53,389 bases of DNA from a virus (IMGVR_UViG_3300038315_000297:1-53389); one strand, 5' to 3'; positions 28,337 through 36,833 are shown, numbered from the stretch's first letter. Numbers and translations: made by a program. The notes: a model not told the origin generated them from the letters alone.

Positions 28337-28972
28337 TTAGAACGGTATGTCGCCTTCGACTTCATCCGCTGATAGAGTTTGACCATCTGGCCATTTGTCT
28401 ATTCTATCAACTTTCCAAGCTGTTCTCCAGTCTTGCTCCGCTTCTGGGAGATGCTTGGTGTTTCTGGTGACGTACTTTTCAGGCGAGAGTCTGACATAGA
28501 CAGGTTTGCCTACGACATCCTCTTCATCTAGAAGTACTAACCGTTGTACCTTAACACCTTCATCCTCCTCTTCTTCTAGTTTTACATTAAGAAGATTGAG
28601 AAGGTTGAAGTATTTCCGATTCCTGCCAGAAAGAGCTGAATCAGAGAAAACAAAATATCCTTTGTCTCCGAACTCTTTTCCAACTATGTGAGTACACTCA
28701 GCAGTCTTCTGAGTGCCATCCCCATTAACTACAGGGATTTTAGCTCCAGACTTGTCTGTTTTGTACTCAAACCCATCCATTTCCCAGACGGATTGCTGTA
28801 TTTTACCAGCTTCGTCTGCTACTTTGTATGTGAGATTAAATACTGTTGCTTGTCCAACTTTAGTATTAACCTCTCTTTCTGTGATTCCCGTTATATGGGC
28901 AGGATATGTGCCAGACTCAATTGGTATAAATTGAGACTGAGCAGGATCGAATGTAGCTTTACTTGTACGCAT
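28337..28972 (-). CDS. Single-stranded DNA-binding protein (DUF669/gp2.5-like)
   Basis: PIESGTYPAHIT N-terminus and acidic C-terminal tail EVEGDIPF, next to the recombination genes. Confidence 0.75.
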   Translation of the reverse strand: MRTSKATFDPAQSQFIPIESGTYPAHITGITEREVNTKVGQATVFNLTYKVADEAGKIQQSVWEMDGFEYKTDKSGAKIPVVNGDGTQKTAECTHIVGKEFGDKGYFVFSDSALSGRNRKYFNLLNLLNVKLEEEEDEGVKVQRLVLLDEEDVVGKPVYVRLSPEKYVTRNTKHLPEAEQDWRTAWKVDRIDKWPDGQTLSADEVEGDIPF

Positions 28973-28990
28973 CTTGTATGACTCCTTTCA

Positions 28991-29293
28991 TCATTTTGTT
29001 GTTTTTGAATTAACCTCTGTGCTAGTGACACAGTGCTTTTTGAGAAGACTTTGCCATTCTTCTCTTAAAGTATTGATAGTTGATTGTCCTTCTGTACTTA
29101 CAGTCAATCCCCTGATACCTTCAATATACATTTGTGGTTTATTGAATTGATTAGGGCCAGTCTTTATATAGTACTGTTTCGTTTGTTTCTTCTCAGTAAT
29201 CAGCCCTTCATTTTGCATTTTGGTTCTTGCTGATTTAGTGAGAACACCCTTCTTTTGAAGTGAGTCAGCCTGATCTACTGTTAGTTTGCCCAT
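28991..29293 (-). CDS. Hypothetical protein
   Basis: 100-aa ORF with SD AGGAGG. Confidence 0.6.
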   Translation of the reverse strand: MGKLTVDQADSLQKKGVLTKSARTKMQNEGLITEKKQTKQYYIKTGPNQFNKPQMYIEGIRGLTVSTEGQSTINTLREEWQSLLKKHCVTSTEVNSKTTK

Positions 29294-29295
29294 CG

Positions 29296-29544
29296 TTATC
29301 CTCCTTTTTGTTGATCTTCTTCCATCTGTATCTCTTCCAGCGTGTATGTATGAAAGCTGGGATTAACAGAGAGTTGAAGGTTATCTTCCGTTTTAAAGAT
29401 CATCATAGGTTTACCATTCATAAGTCTGGTTCCACCGTATACGACCCTTCTGAACTCTTTGCCGTCATTAGTTCCTACGGCATATACCTTACCTTCTTGC
29501 AATAGTCCTTCATCGAAGTTTATGCTACGACTGCGCATCTGCAA
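29296..29544 (-). CDS. Hypothetical protein
   Basis: 82-aa ORF with SD AAGGAGG. Confidence 0.6.
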   Translation of the reverse strand: MQMRSRSINFDEGLLQEGKVYAVGTNDGKEFRRVVYGGTRLMNGKPMMIFKTEDNLQLSVNPSFHTYTLEEIQMEEDQQKGG

Positions 29545-30175
29545 TCCTCCTTAGTTTTGCCAATGAACCCTTATAATTGAGTGCATTGACATTACCTTCT
29601 TGGATACTTCTGCCAACTTTGATCTTATAGTCATCGCTTATAGTTCCAGCTAGTCGAACCATTTCTTCTACTTGGTCATCAGCTAGTTCCATATCTTCCA
29701 CTATGTTTTTGTATACATCATCAGCAATATTCATGTACATATTCATAGCCTTTTTGATTGCATCTGTATTGGCTGCTTTTACATCATTTCCAACGTCAGA
29801 ATATTCATTCGATGATGTGAGTTTCTGGATTCGATGTGCCGCTGTGACATCACCTTCTCTCCATATACCCTCATCAAACCACTTTAGTCTACCCTGTACA
29901 AGAAATGCTGTGTCTCCAACGAACTGAGTGTTGATTATAGTCCAACTCCAGCCTGGATATTCCTTGTCGGCAACATCACGCATGTAACTGTACTCAGTAT
30001 AGTCAAATCCCTGTTTCTTTTTAACAAAAGCTTTGGGGGTTTCTATCCTTGAGACACGTTTATGTTTTCTTGTAATGGATTTTTGTATCTTCTTAACCGC
30101 GTCAAGAGATACTTCAACCCGTGAGTCTCCTACTATGGCTACCGAGGTTTCTTCCTTTTTACTACTTACTGCCAT
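29525..30175 (-). CDS. Rad52/Sak-family single-strand annealing protein
   Basis: GFDYTEYSYMRDVADKEYPGWSW and GNDVKAANTDAIKKA motifs, next to an exonuclease and an SSB. Confidence 0.8.
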   Translation of the reverse strand: MAVSSKKEETSVAIVGDSRVEVSLDAVKKIQKSITRKHKRVSRIETPKAFVKKKQGFDYTEYSYMRDVADKEYPGWSWTIINTQFVGDTAFLVQGRLKWFDEGIWREGDVTAAHRIQKLTSSNEYSDVGNDVKAANTDAIKKAMNMYMNIADDVYKNIVEDMELADDQVEEMVRLAGTISDDYKIKVGRSIQEGNVNALNYKGSLAKLRRIADAQS

Positions 30176-30968
30176 TGTCCTTTTTCTCCTTATTAGCTAG
30201 TGGTGTATCACAGATGTCTAAGAACCCACAATATCTACATTCCCAATTATAAAAGGGAACACCAATATCCTTAGTGGGAACTAGATCATCTGGACTTGTC
30301 ACGCCATCAAGTTCTTCAAGTAAATTTTTCCAGTAATCAGTTGCTTTATGAATATAATCATTACTTATTTCTACTGTCTTGATTGCAGCATTATCTTTTT
30401 TGAAATAGTCTAGATACATACGTACCAAATCTATATGTACTCCACAGGCTTCATTATCGAACCACTCCAGACCAATAGCATACGTAGCTAGTTGTAGTTC
30501 ATAATTTTCAGATGGATTAGTTTCTCTATTCTTCTTTATACCAAACATTCTCTTCCATTTGAAACTGTGAGCTGTCTTCAGATCATGTATATGAGCTGTC
30601 GTATATCCATCCTCCCGAGTGAAAAACGCAATATCGAGGTGACCTATCACTTTATACGTAGGTATCGTTATTTCGTATTCTACGAGGATTGGGAACTCAT
30701 CCTTTCTCCACTTTGATAGATGATGTTCCACTGATTTTGCTATATCATCATGAATAACTGTTCCCACTCTCATATTTCTCATAGACTGAGAGTTTGGCAT
30801 CTTTTCTTCATATCCATTTACACGATAGTACTGCTTCTTATAACAACTGCCAGCACTCGATGCACCGAACCATGTTCTATATTCATCTCTGTCTCTACGT
30901 TGTTTGTTCCTCTTTTCCTGTATGTCAGTTAGATAGTTATGATAAATGTCCTCGATATTTGTACTCAT
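30162..30968 (-). CDS. PD-(D/E)XK Cas4-like exonuclease
   Basis: ASSAGSCYKKQYY, GTVIH, GHLD, HDLKT, QLATY and C-terminal WECRYCGFLDIC. Start 30968 has an SD (the ORF track extends to 31025). Confidence 0.85.
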   Translation of the reverse strand: MSTNIEDIYHNYLTDIQEKRNKQRRDRDEYRTWFGASSAGSCYKKQYYRVNGYEEKMPNSQSMRNMRVGTVIHDDIAKSVEHHLSKWRKDEFPILVEYEITIPTYKVIGHLDIAFFTREDGYTTAHIHDLKTAHSFKWKRMFGIKKNRETNPSENYELQLATYAIGLEWFDNEACGVHIDLVRMYLDYFKKDNAAIKTVEISNDYIHKATDYWKNLLEELDGVTSPDDLVPTKDIGVPFYNWECRYCGFLDICDTPLANKEKKDNGSK

Positions 30969-31255
30969 GCTTGGTTCTCCCTTTTTGAAAATCCTTCTGG
31001 AATAGAACTTGCGAGATTTGTACACATAGGATAAGTATACTGGTGTACAGCATAAATAACATCTGCTATTCTCTGTTCTAGTCTGGTAATTTCCTTTTTA
31101 TTGAATGGTATTTCATTATCCCATTCTATAGATTCAACAACCCAATGGTTGAGACCATCGTTAGTAACTACACAATTCCAATTATATCCATTAGCTGTAC
31201 CAGAGTAGTGATGAGTAGATGCTACCAGTTCATCAACTATGATATTATCTGCCAT
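30965..31255 (-). CDS. Hypothetical protein
   Basis: Start MADNII with SD GAGGAG (the ORF track extends to 31291). Confidence 0.55.
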   Translation of the reverse strand: MADNIIVDELVASTHHYSGTANGYNWNCVVTNDGLNHWVVESIEWDNEIPFNKKEITRLEQRIADVIYAVHQYTYPMCTNLASSIPEGFSKRENQA

Positions 31256-31284
31256 TTGTGATCTCTCCTCGCTATTTAATTTAA

Positions 31285-31908
31285 TTAACATATCTCAAAT
31301 CCACCACTGTTTTCACAAAAAGTAGCGAAATTTGCGACATTTTCTACGTCAAATGCATAGTTAGCTGCCCACATTAATCTCTTTCCAACTGGGACATTTG
31401 GGTCTTTGTATTGGCTGTTACATCCATTACAATCTTTATGTCCAGCTCCTGATTCTGGTGGTGGTTTTCTATATCCCGTGCCGTCACATATATCACAGTC
31501 GACAAAGGGTAGGCTCTCTATCTCTGCGTCTCTGTTTGCTTGATAAAGATTTGCTGATTGATCGCTTAGATGTTTCTTTAATGTTTTTGCAATTTCTTCA
31601 GCCTTTGCTTTATTAATTTCATGTCCAGAGTTTTCCATACCCATTTCCATATCCTCTTCTGTTAATACATGATCGCAAGTTTCACACACAAACTCCCACA
31701 GAGGTCTCCACCACCATACATTATTTCTAAAATAGTGGCCTGGAACAGCTTCTTCATATTTGTCTGCATCTTCTATCCACTTATCTCGTTCTTTTTCTGT
31801 AAGTTTCTTTGGTTTACCACCAGATTCCATATCTATCCAGCCTGGGTACTCTGGTCTTATAAGATTATTCGGGTTGATCGGGTTTAGTCCATATACATCG
31901 AAGCCCAT
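31285..31908 (-). CDS. Phage protein with YFRNNVWWWRPLW motif and DnaJ-like Zn finger
   Basis: MGFDVYG N-terminus, YFRNNVWWWRPLW, CDICDGTG...CNGC and FCENSGGFEIC C-terminus. Confidence 0.65.
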   Translation of the reverse strand: MGFDVYGLNPINPNNLIRPEYPGWIDMESGGKPKKLTEKERDKWIEDADKYEEAVPGHYFRNNVWWWRPLWEFVCETCDHVLTEEDMEMGMENSGHEINKAKAEEIAKTLKKHLSDQSANLYQANRDAEIESLPFVDCDICDGTGYRKPPPESGAGHKDCNGCNSQYKDPNVPVGKRLMWAANYAFDVENVANFATFCENSGGFEIC

Positions 31909-32084
31909 GGCTGCTCCTCCTTCCCGAACTTGGATTTTAACTCGTCATAGTGACGTATGATTGTTATATAAACATCCTTTTCGAGACCAGTTGCTTTGCG
32001 AGCGTTTGGATCGAACATATTCCATTTGCCATATTCTCTGACTCCTTCATAGGATTCAAAGTCATTACTCGTTATCTCTATCAT
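31884..32084 (-). CDS. Small phage protein (DUF5049-like)
   Basis: YEGVREYGKWNMFD...IIRHYDELK pattern, with SD AAAGGA. Confidence 0.5.
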   Translation of the reverse strand: MIEITSNDFESYEGVREYGKWNMFDPNARKATGLEKDVYITIIRHYDELKSKFGKEEQPWASMYMD

Positions 32085-32127
32085 AGTGATGGTTCCTTTC
32101 TGTTTATCTATTTATACATAAAAATAA

Positions 32128-32202
32128 CTACCCCTACTCTCTCGTATAGAAGGAGCTAGTCTTCTGTTATAATCCGAGGTAAGGAATGAGATTTCGGGGT
32201 AG
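32128..32202 (-). other. Intergenic nested stem-loop (possible structured RNA)
   Basis: Outer stem CTACCCC/GGGGTAG encloses CTCG/CGAG and AGAAG/CTTCT inner stems. Confidence 0.4.
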
Positions 32203-32219
32203 GTATTCTTTAAAGACGA

Positions 32220-33056
32220 CTACAGCGTAATTGGCTTGCCGTCAATAGTCCAGTATCTTGCAACTATGCTAATCCTGTCGGGGTTTTGGCACTTATGATT
32301 ATAAATGCTTTCCAACATTCTTGCATACGCGAAGGTATCAGGCTGTTTCACACACTTGCTTGACAGATACTGCATCTTCTGTAACATCTTGCGATGACTA
32401 TAATCAGGATGAGTATATAGCATTATGTAGGCAACCACAAAACTTCTGTGTGTATAGAAGTTTATCCATCTAGCGAAGGAATGTACATCTTCAGCGAAGG
32501 ATTCAAGCCAATCCCACTTACGTGCGATTTTGAATGTTCCATCCTTGAAGGTTTCCACAGTTGGTTGACTTCTGTCACCATGTAATAGTATCATAGTGAC
32601 ACTGGGGCTGAATCCCCATCTGTTCATATAACCCTCAAACTGTGCATACTGGCAGAACTTGTGTTCTCCATTATTGTACCGTTTGACATATGAACGGAGA
32701 TAGTCGGTCAATAACCATCTCTTATTGAGAGCGCTGGCTTTAGGGACTTCATCCATTGTCAGTTTATCAGTAATCTGAAAATAGACAGTTCCTTTGTCCA
32801 ACTTCAGAGCCATGAATCTATTTTGACCATCCATGATTCTGAATTTCTTGTCCACAATAATTGTGAACACTTCTGTCAGGTTCCCGCGATCTTTAATTGC
32901 TTTACGCAAATTAGAGATATGTGCTGGTTTCCTGTCTCGGTTTTCATCAAAGAAAGAGAAGAGATCATAGTCCTTCGTCTTGTAAATGACTCCAGTCTTA
33001 GTGAATTTCTTCATTCTCTCCTCCTTTGACGTTTCCTTTTTTATCATGTTATCCAC
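32220..33056 (-). CDS. ParB/Srx-like N-terminal domain protein
   Basis: KTKDYDLF...ENR and IIVDKKFRIMDGQNRFMALK motifs. Confidence 0.75.
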   Translation of the reverse strand: MDNMIKKETSKEERMKKFTKTGVIYKTKDYDLFSFFDENRDRKPAHISNLRKAIKDRGNLTEVFTIIVDKKFRIMDGQNRFMALKLDKGTVYFQITDKLTMDEVPKASALNKRWLLTDYLRSYVKRYNNGEHKFCQYAQFEGYMNRWGFSPSVTMILLHGDRSQPTVETFKDGTFKIARKWDWLESFAEDVHSFARWINFYTHRSFVVAYIMLYTHPDYSHRKMLQKMQYLSSKCVKQPDTFAYARMLESIYNHKCQNPDRISIVARYWTIDGKPITL

Positions 33057-33099
33057 CTCATTGGCTAAGGGGTTTCATGAAATGCTGAGCCACCATGGC

Positions 33100-33288
33100 T
33101 TACAGCGTTAAGTTATATTTCTCAGCATACTCTTCAGACATTCTACATAAGTATGTGGGAGTAACATAATTTTTACGTATTAAAACAGCTTTTACTATAT
33201 GTTCTGCTTCTTTTAGTTGTTGTTGCAGTTTTTGTATTAAAGGTTTTTTATCATATGCATTTGCTGGCAGTGGTTTATCTTCTGTCAT
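33100..33288 (-). CDS. Hypothetical protein
   Basis: Start MTEDKP with SD AGGAG (the ORF track extends to 33372). Confidence 0.55.
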   Translation of the reverse strand: MTEDKPLPANAYDKKPLIQKLQQQLKEAEHIVKAVLIRKNYVTPTYLCRMSEEYAEKYNLTL

Positions 33289-33655
33289 TGTATATCTCCT
33301 CATATTCACACTTAGGATTCCGACACATTTCTCCCTCTTCTGATTCATCTGACTCTGTACTACCAAATTCAACAGACATTATTTCACCCTCACACAATGG
33401 ACATTTTCTATCAATTGTATGCATATTTGAAAATGAACGTGGCGTGATATATTTATCATTCATACTTATCTCCTTTTCAGCTTTAGTCTTCTTGAGATGA
33501 GGATATATCTTCTCAAGTGTTTCCTGTGATGCAGTGTCATTGAGAGTATCAGGAAGACCACATTCTTTGAGAAGTTTCTTGTGATCCATAATATCCTGCT
33601 CAGTTAACACTTTGCCATCTAATCCTCTTCTCTTGATTATTTTATTAACATTCAT
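33275..33655 (-). CDS. Hypothetical protein with C-terminal Zn ribbon
   Basis: CPLC...CRNPKC. The start at 33655 is ATGA-coupled to the upstream ORF. Confidence 0.55.
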   Translation of the reverse strand: MNVNKIIKRRGLDGKVLTEQDIMDHKKLLKECGLPDTLNDTASQETLEKIYPHLKKTKAEKEISMNDKYITPRSFSNMHTIDRKCPLCEGEIMSVEFGSTESDESEEGEMCRNPKCEYEEIYNDRR

Positions 33656-33822
33656 GACTCTAATCCAAACCATTTAAGCACTCTATACCACCAAAACCGC
33701 ATTCGATACTTTTCAAATGCTGATAATACTGCAAGTGTTCTACAGTGTCCAATCTCTTCTAGAGTTGTACTGTTCCCCCAGAAGTGATCTGCGTTTTTCC
33801 ATACGTGCCATTTAGTACTCAT
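33652..33822 (-). CDS. 56-aa Trp-rich hypothetical protein (not in ORF track)
   Basis: MSTKWHVWKNADHFWGNSTTLEEIGHCRTLAVLSAFEKYRMRFWWYRVLKWFGLES. ATGA overlaps at both ends and SD AAGGAG. Confidence 0.55.
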   Translation of the reverse strand: MSTKWHVWKNADHFWGNSTTLEEIGHCRTLAVLSAFEKYRMRFWWYRVLKWFGLES

Positions 33823-34064
33823 TCTTCACTCCTTTGTTTACAAAATTTACAGTAATACGATTGAAAAGGCTTTCCATCCAAATCTGCGTACATATTTGTA
33901 ACTATTGTGTATCTGTTACATTTACAGCAGTAGACATTTGTATCTGTGTTCCTATATCCTGTTATTCTCCAATGATTATGACCATCAAGAATAGTTGGGC
34001 CAGGAATCCACATCGGCCTCCAAATTGGGTCTCTATCGCTGTGTTTTACTTTTTTAAGATTCAT
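33819..34064 (-). CDS. Hypothetical Zn-finger protein
   Basis: CCKC...CKFC, with ATGA coupling. Confidence 0.55.
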   Translation of the reverse strand: MNLKKVKHSDRDPIWRPMWIPGPTILDGHNHWRITGYRNTDTNVYCCKCNRYTIVTNMYADLDGKPFQSYYCKFCKQRSEE

Positions 34065-34303
34065 ACTTCTCCATTCTCCTGATTGTAGGTTTCTTCTGCT
34101 AGTATGCAATATGAATCAAAATCATTTACAGACATCAATTTGTCGTGATTATAGTGTACAGTAATTAAATCTATTAGAATGTCTTCCATCGTTCTTGATA
34201 GTTTAGATGTTTCATCTGCTAGAGCTTGTTCATAGTCAGCATCTACATCATTAAATTTATCTGCACATTGACATGGGTTCTTTTGACATAGTTCACATAC
34301 CAT
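34061..34303 (-). CDS. Hypothetical protein
   Basis: 80 aa, CELC...CQC N-terminus, SD AAGGAG. Confidence 0.55.
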   Translation of the reverse strand: MVCELCQKNPCQCADKFNDVDADYEQALADETSKLSRTMEDILIDLITVHYNHDKLMSVNDFDSYCILAEETYNQENGEV

Positions 34304-34305
34304 AG

Positions 34306-34491
34306 TTATTTCTCCTTATTAGTTCTTTCCCATTCTGGTACGAAGGGTACGAATTTCACTCCCCATTCTCCTTCATGGAATGTTAGATCACAGTCTTTGT
34401 TCACACAGCATTTTACTGGTGGTGTATCTGATTTATAATCTGTTCTAAAATCGCTATTACACTTTGGACATCTCTTTTTTATATGCCTCAT
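34306..34491 (-). CDS. Small Zn-ribbon protein
   Basis: CPKC...CCVNKDC, with ATGA coupling. Confidence 0.55.
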   Translation of the reverse strand: MRHIKKRCPKCNSDFRTDYKSDTPPVKCCVNKDCDLTFHEGEWGVKFVPFVPEWERTNKEK

Positions 34492-34718
34492 CTTAAACCT
34501 CTGGGATAACCTTGTAGATTCATACGGCCACCTTGTGGCTTCTTCTTCTTATACATATCAGAAGGAGTAGACTTTGATTTAAGTCTGCCAGAGGCATTCT
34601 TGTACCACCACCATCCATTACCATTTTCTTTTGACAATTCTGCTATCTCTTTAACACTCTGGGGGTCAAATGGATAACCTTCACGAAGTTTCCAGTTCTT
34701 TATGTATGGTGCGGTCAT
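34488..34718 (-). CDS. Hypothetical protein
   Basis: 76-aa ORF with SD GAGGTG, coupled to its neighbours. Confidence 0.55.
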   Translation of the reverse strand: MTAPYIKNWKLREGYPFDPQSVKEIAELSKENGNGWWWYKNASGRLKSKSTPSDMYKKKKPQGGRMNLQGYPRGLR

Positions 34719-35158
34719 AATTGCACCTCAAATCTTTCTTTCATCGCATTGAGTGTACCATCTGGTACGTTATGCTCACTTTTACCAGCATGTCTGTTCT
34801 CAACAATGATAGAGTACACACGCCAGTTATACTTCTCGGCCAGTACATAGTATGGTTCCATTTCACGTTCTTGAGTGAAAGTATTATGTACTAATACTTC
34901 ATAACATATATTATCTTCCATCCACTCTTTAACCTGATTTATACACCTTTGGTGGTTCTCACCAAGTTTTGCTGGATCAAATTCATACACACCATCAATG
35001 TAGAAGTAGTGATCTGTTGCTATTTGTTGTGTATGTCCTGTCTCAAGATCAACAGTGCGAGTTGTATCCGTTACAAATTCTGTTTTACCCGCGCCTGGTA
35101 GTCCACGTATAAGAAATAGTGTCCCAAATGTGACTTCATTCATGATTTTATAGTCCAT
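34715..35158 (-). CDS. P-loop kinase (AAA_33 / polynucleotide-kinase-like)
   Basis: LIRGLPGAGKT, ATDHYF, VHNTF and HNVP. Confidence 0.85.
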   Translation of the reverse strand: MDYKIMNEVTFGTLFLIRGLPGAGKTEFVTDTTRTVDLETGHTQQIATDHYFYIDGVYEFDPAKLGENHQRCINQVKEWMEDNICYEVLVHNTFTQEREMEPYYVLAEKYNWRVYSIIVENRHAGKSEHNVPDGTLNAMKERFEVQL

Positions 35159-35279
35159 GTTCTATTCTCCTTCTTTTTAGTTTACGTTTGATTTGTGATG
35201 GCGTTCTGCCATGTCTACTCAAGTATTCATTCTTCTCACGTCTGGTCTGCTTTCTATTCTTTGCTTTTCTGTTAGGCAT
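35148..35279 (-). CDS. 43-aa highly basic protein (not in ORF track)
   Basis: MPNRKAKNRKQTRREKNEYLSRHGRTPSQIKRKLKRRRIEHGL, with SD GGAGG; it fills the gap between its neighbours. Confidence 0.6.
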   Translation of the reverse strand: MPNRKAKNRKQTRREKNEYLSRHGRTPSQIKRKLKRRRIEHGL

Positions 35280-35281
35280 GG

Positions 35282-35542
35282 TTATCTGTCCTCCCTTGCT
35301 AGTCTGTACCATATTGCATAGAGTTGTTTCTTACTCATCTTCAATGCTTTGCGTTCAGAACCACCAAATCTGAATAAATACCACTCAACCAATTCATATT
35401 TCCATTTATATGGACATGATATTAAACCTGCTTTGTATAAGTCCCGCCTGTCGTAATAGTCTTCCATTACATTGAGATAACGATCAAATAACTTACCCTT
35501 CTCTTCGGATGTGAGTGGCTTTGGTGCTTTATATGCTCTCAT
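35282..35542 (-). CDS. Hypothetical protein
   Basis: 86-aa ORF with ATGA coupling. Confidence 0.6.
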   Translation of the reverse strand: MRAYKAPKPLTSEEKGKLFDRYLNVMEDYYDRRDLYKAGLISCPYKWKYELVEWYLFRFGGSERKALKMSKKQLYAIWYRLAREDR

Positions 35543-35952
35543 TTGTCAAAATACCCCCATTTACCTATTAGTGTTGCGTAACCATACATCTCAAGTATCT
35601 CTTCTGGATACTTCTTCAAATATCTTCCTGTCTCTACTGGCCTTGTATTCTTATCAGTATAAAGAGTCATATGAAGTGGTACATCAGAATCTTTTTGATG
35701 TCTTAGATATTTATGACTGACGGAGTCATCTACTTTAAAAGGCCCATCTTCATCAACATCTACATCAAAGAACCATTTATATCCAACTCTGCATTGTGCA
35801 ACACCAAACTCTTTTTTAAGTACAATTCCAATGATGTCTACTGTTACTTCATCACCTTCATTTACTTCTGTTGGTAAGTATGGATGAGGAGGGTCAAAGT
35901 GATATGTTATGTGTAACCCGTTGTCAAAGAATATGCCTGAGTATAATCTCAT
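35539..35952 (-). CDS. Hypothetical protein, possible 2H-phosphoesterase fold
   Basis: Two HxT motifs (LHITY near the N-terminus, LHMTL near the C-terminus) followed by RPVETG. Confidence 0.5.
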   Translation of the reverse strand: MRLYSGIFFDNGLHITYHFDPPHPYLPTEVNEGDEVTVDIIGIVLKKEFGVAQCRVGYKWFFDVDVDEDGPFKVDDSVSHKYLRHQKDSDVPLHMTLYTDKNTRPVETGRYLKKYPEEILEMYGYATLIGKWGYFDK

Positions 35953-36239
35953 AGTGCCTCCTGTGCGTCATGGATATAATCTCTTACTGTCGTGTATCTA
36001 CCTTTACCAGATATACCTGTATCTATTGCGTCTTGGACTGCTCTGTGAAGTGTCTTGTTTAAATCTTTTATTTCTTTACCAAGTCTTTGCTCCATTCCAG
36101 TAATTGTATCGCAAAGAAAGTTTATAATTTCATCTGTTTCGTAGTCTTCAAATGTATCTGCGAACATACAATACTTATGATTGGCGTACTTATTTACTAA
36201 CGATACTACGTTCTTAGTTAACTTTTTATATAGTTTCAT
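35949..36239 (-). CDS. Hypothetical protein
   Basis: Start MKLYKK with SD AGGAG (the ORF track extends to 36293). Confidence 0.55.
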   Translation of the reverse strand: MKLYKKLTKNVVSLVNKYANHKYCMFADTFEDYETDEIINFLCDTITGMEQRLGKEIKDLNKTLHRAVQDAIDTGISGKGRYTTVRDYIHDAQEAL

Positions 36240-36423
36240 AGTGTCTCCTATGTTTATACCCAAGTGAATGGGATTTGTGTATGTATTAGTCAAACTTTGC
36301 CCGTATTGGGGTTTAACTCAAACCGAGTAACGAAGTTACGGGACTGACTCCGATTATAGTGATTCAGTTACGTTTTTATACGAACTTGCTGGGGTTAGAA
36401 GTCCCCCATCAATCCCACATCAA

Positions 36424-36669
36424 TCAGACTTTGACGTATGTGGTTGCGTTGCCATCAGAGGTCTTGACATCATCGAATCCCTTGCACTTATCGTATGCGT
36501 CCTGCAATTGGTCACACCGAAATGCAATCTTGGTAGTACCGTTGGATGCCATTGTTAGGCGAATGAACTTGCGTCCACCCCATTCATATTCCTCACCTTT
36601 GTCGAAGAATACCACGGGTTCTGCCCAACCTCTAACTAACAACAAGATAGTATCCATTAATCCTGCCAT
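36424..36669 (-). CDS. Hypothetical protein, first gene of the early block
   Basis: Start MAGLMDT with SD AAGGAG (the ORF track extends to 36789). Confidence 0.55.
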   Translation of the reverse strand: MAGLMDTILLLVRGWAEPVVFFDKGEEYEWGGRKFIRLTMASNGTTKIAFRCDQLQDAYDKCKGFDDVKTSDGNATTYVKV

Positions 36670-36780
36670 CTGAATCTCCTTTTGGTTAATTAACCTTTTA
36701 ACGAAAAGTGGGATTTCCATTTCCCACCAATTTTGTTTCCATGAGTGTATATGGCCATATATCATTGGTGTATATTTTTC

Positions 36781-36809
36781 TTGATACACTTGGGTTTTCT
36801 GGGTATATT
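36781..36809 (+). promoter_or_regulatory. Sigma70-like promoter of the late operon
   Basis: TTGATA-N17-TATATT, followed by SD AAGGAG and ATG 36834. Confidence 0.6.
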
Positions 36810-36833
36810 AGGGGCAAATAAGGAGATTACGAT

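Noticed and set aside
30162-30968. Cas4-like nuclease as evidence of a CRISPR system
   Set aside because: No repeat-spacer array or other cas genes were seen. Its context (Sak, SSB) indicates a recombination exonuclease.
33062-33092. Imperfect inverted repeat with a TTTCATGAAA core upstream of the ParB-like gene
   Set aside because: Short, AT-rich and seen only once; insufficient to call an operator or parS site.
23335-36673. Plus-strand ORFs within the early block
   Set aside because: They are antisense shadows of well-supported, tightly coupled minus-strand genes.
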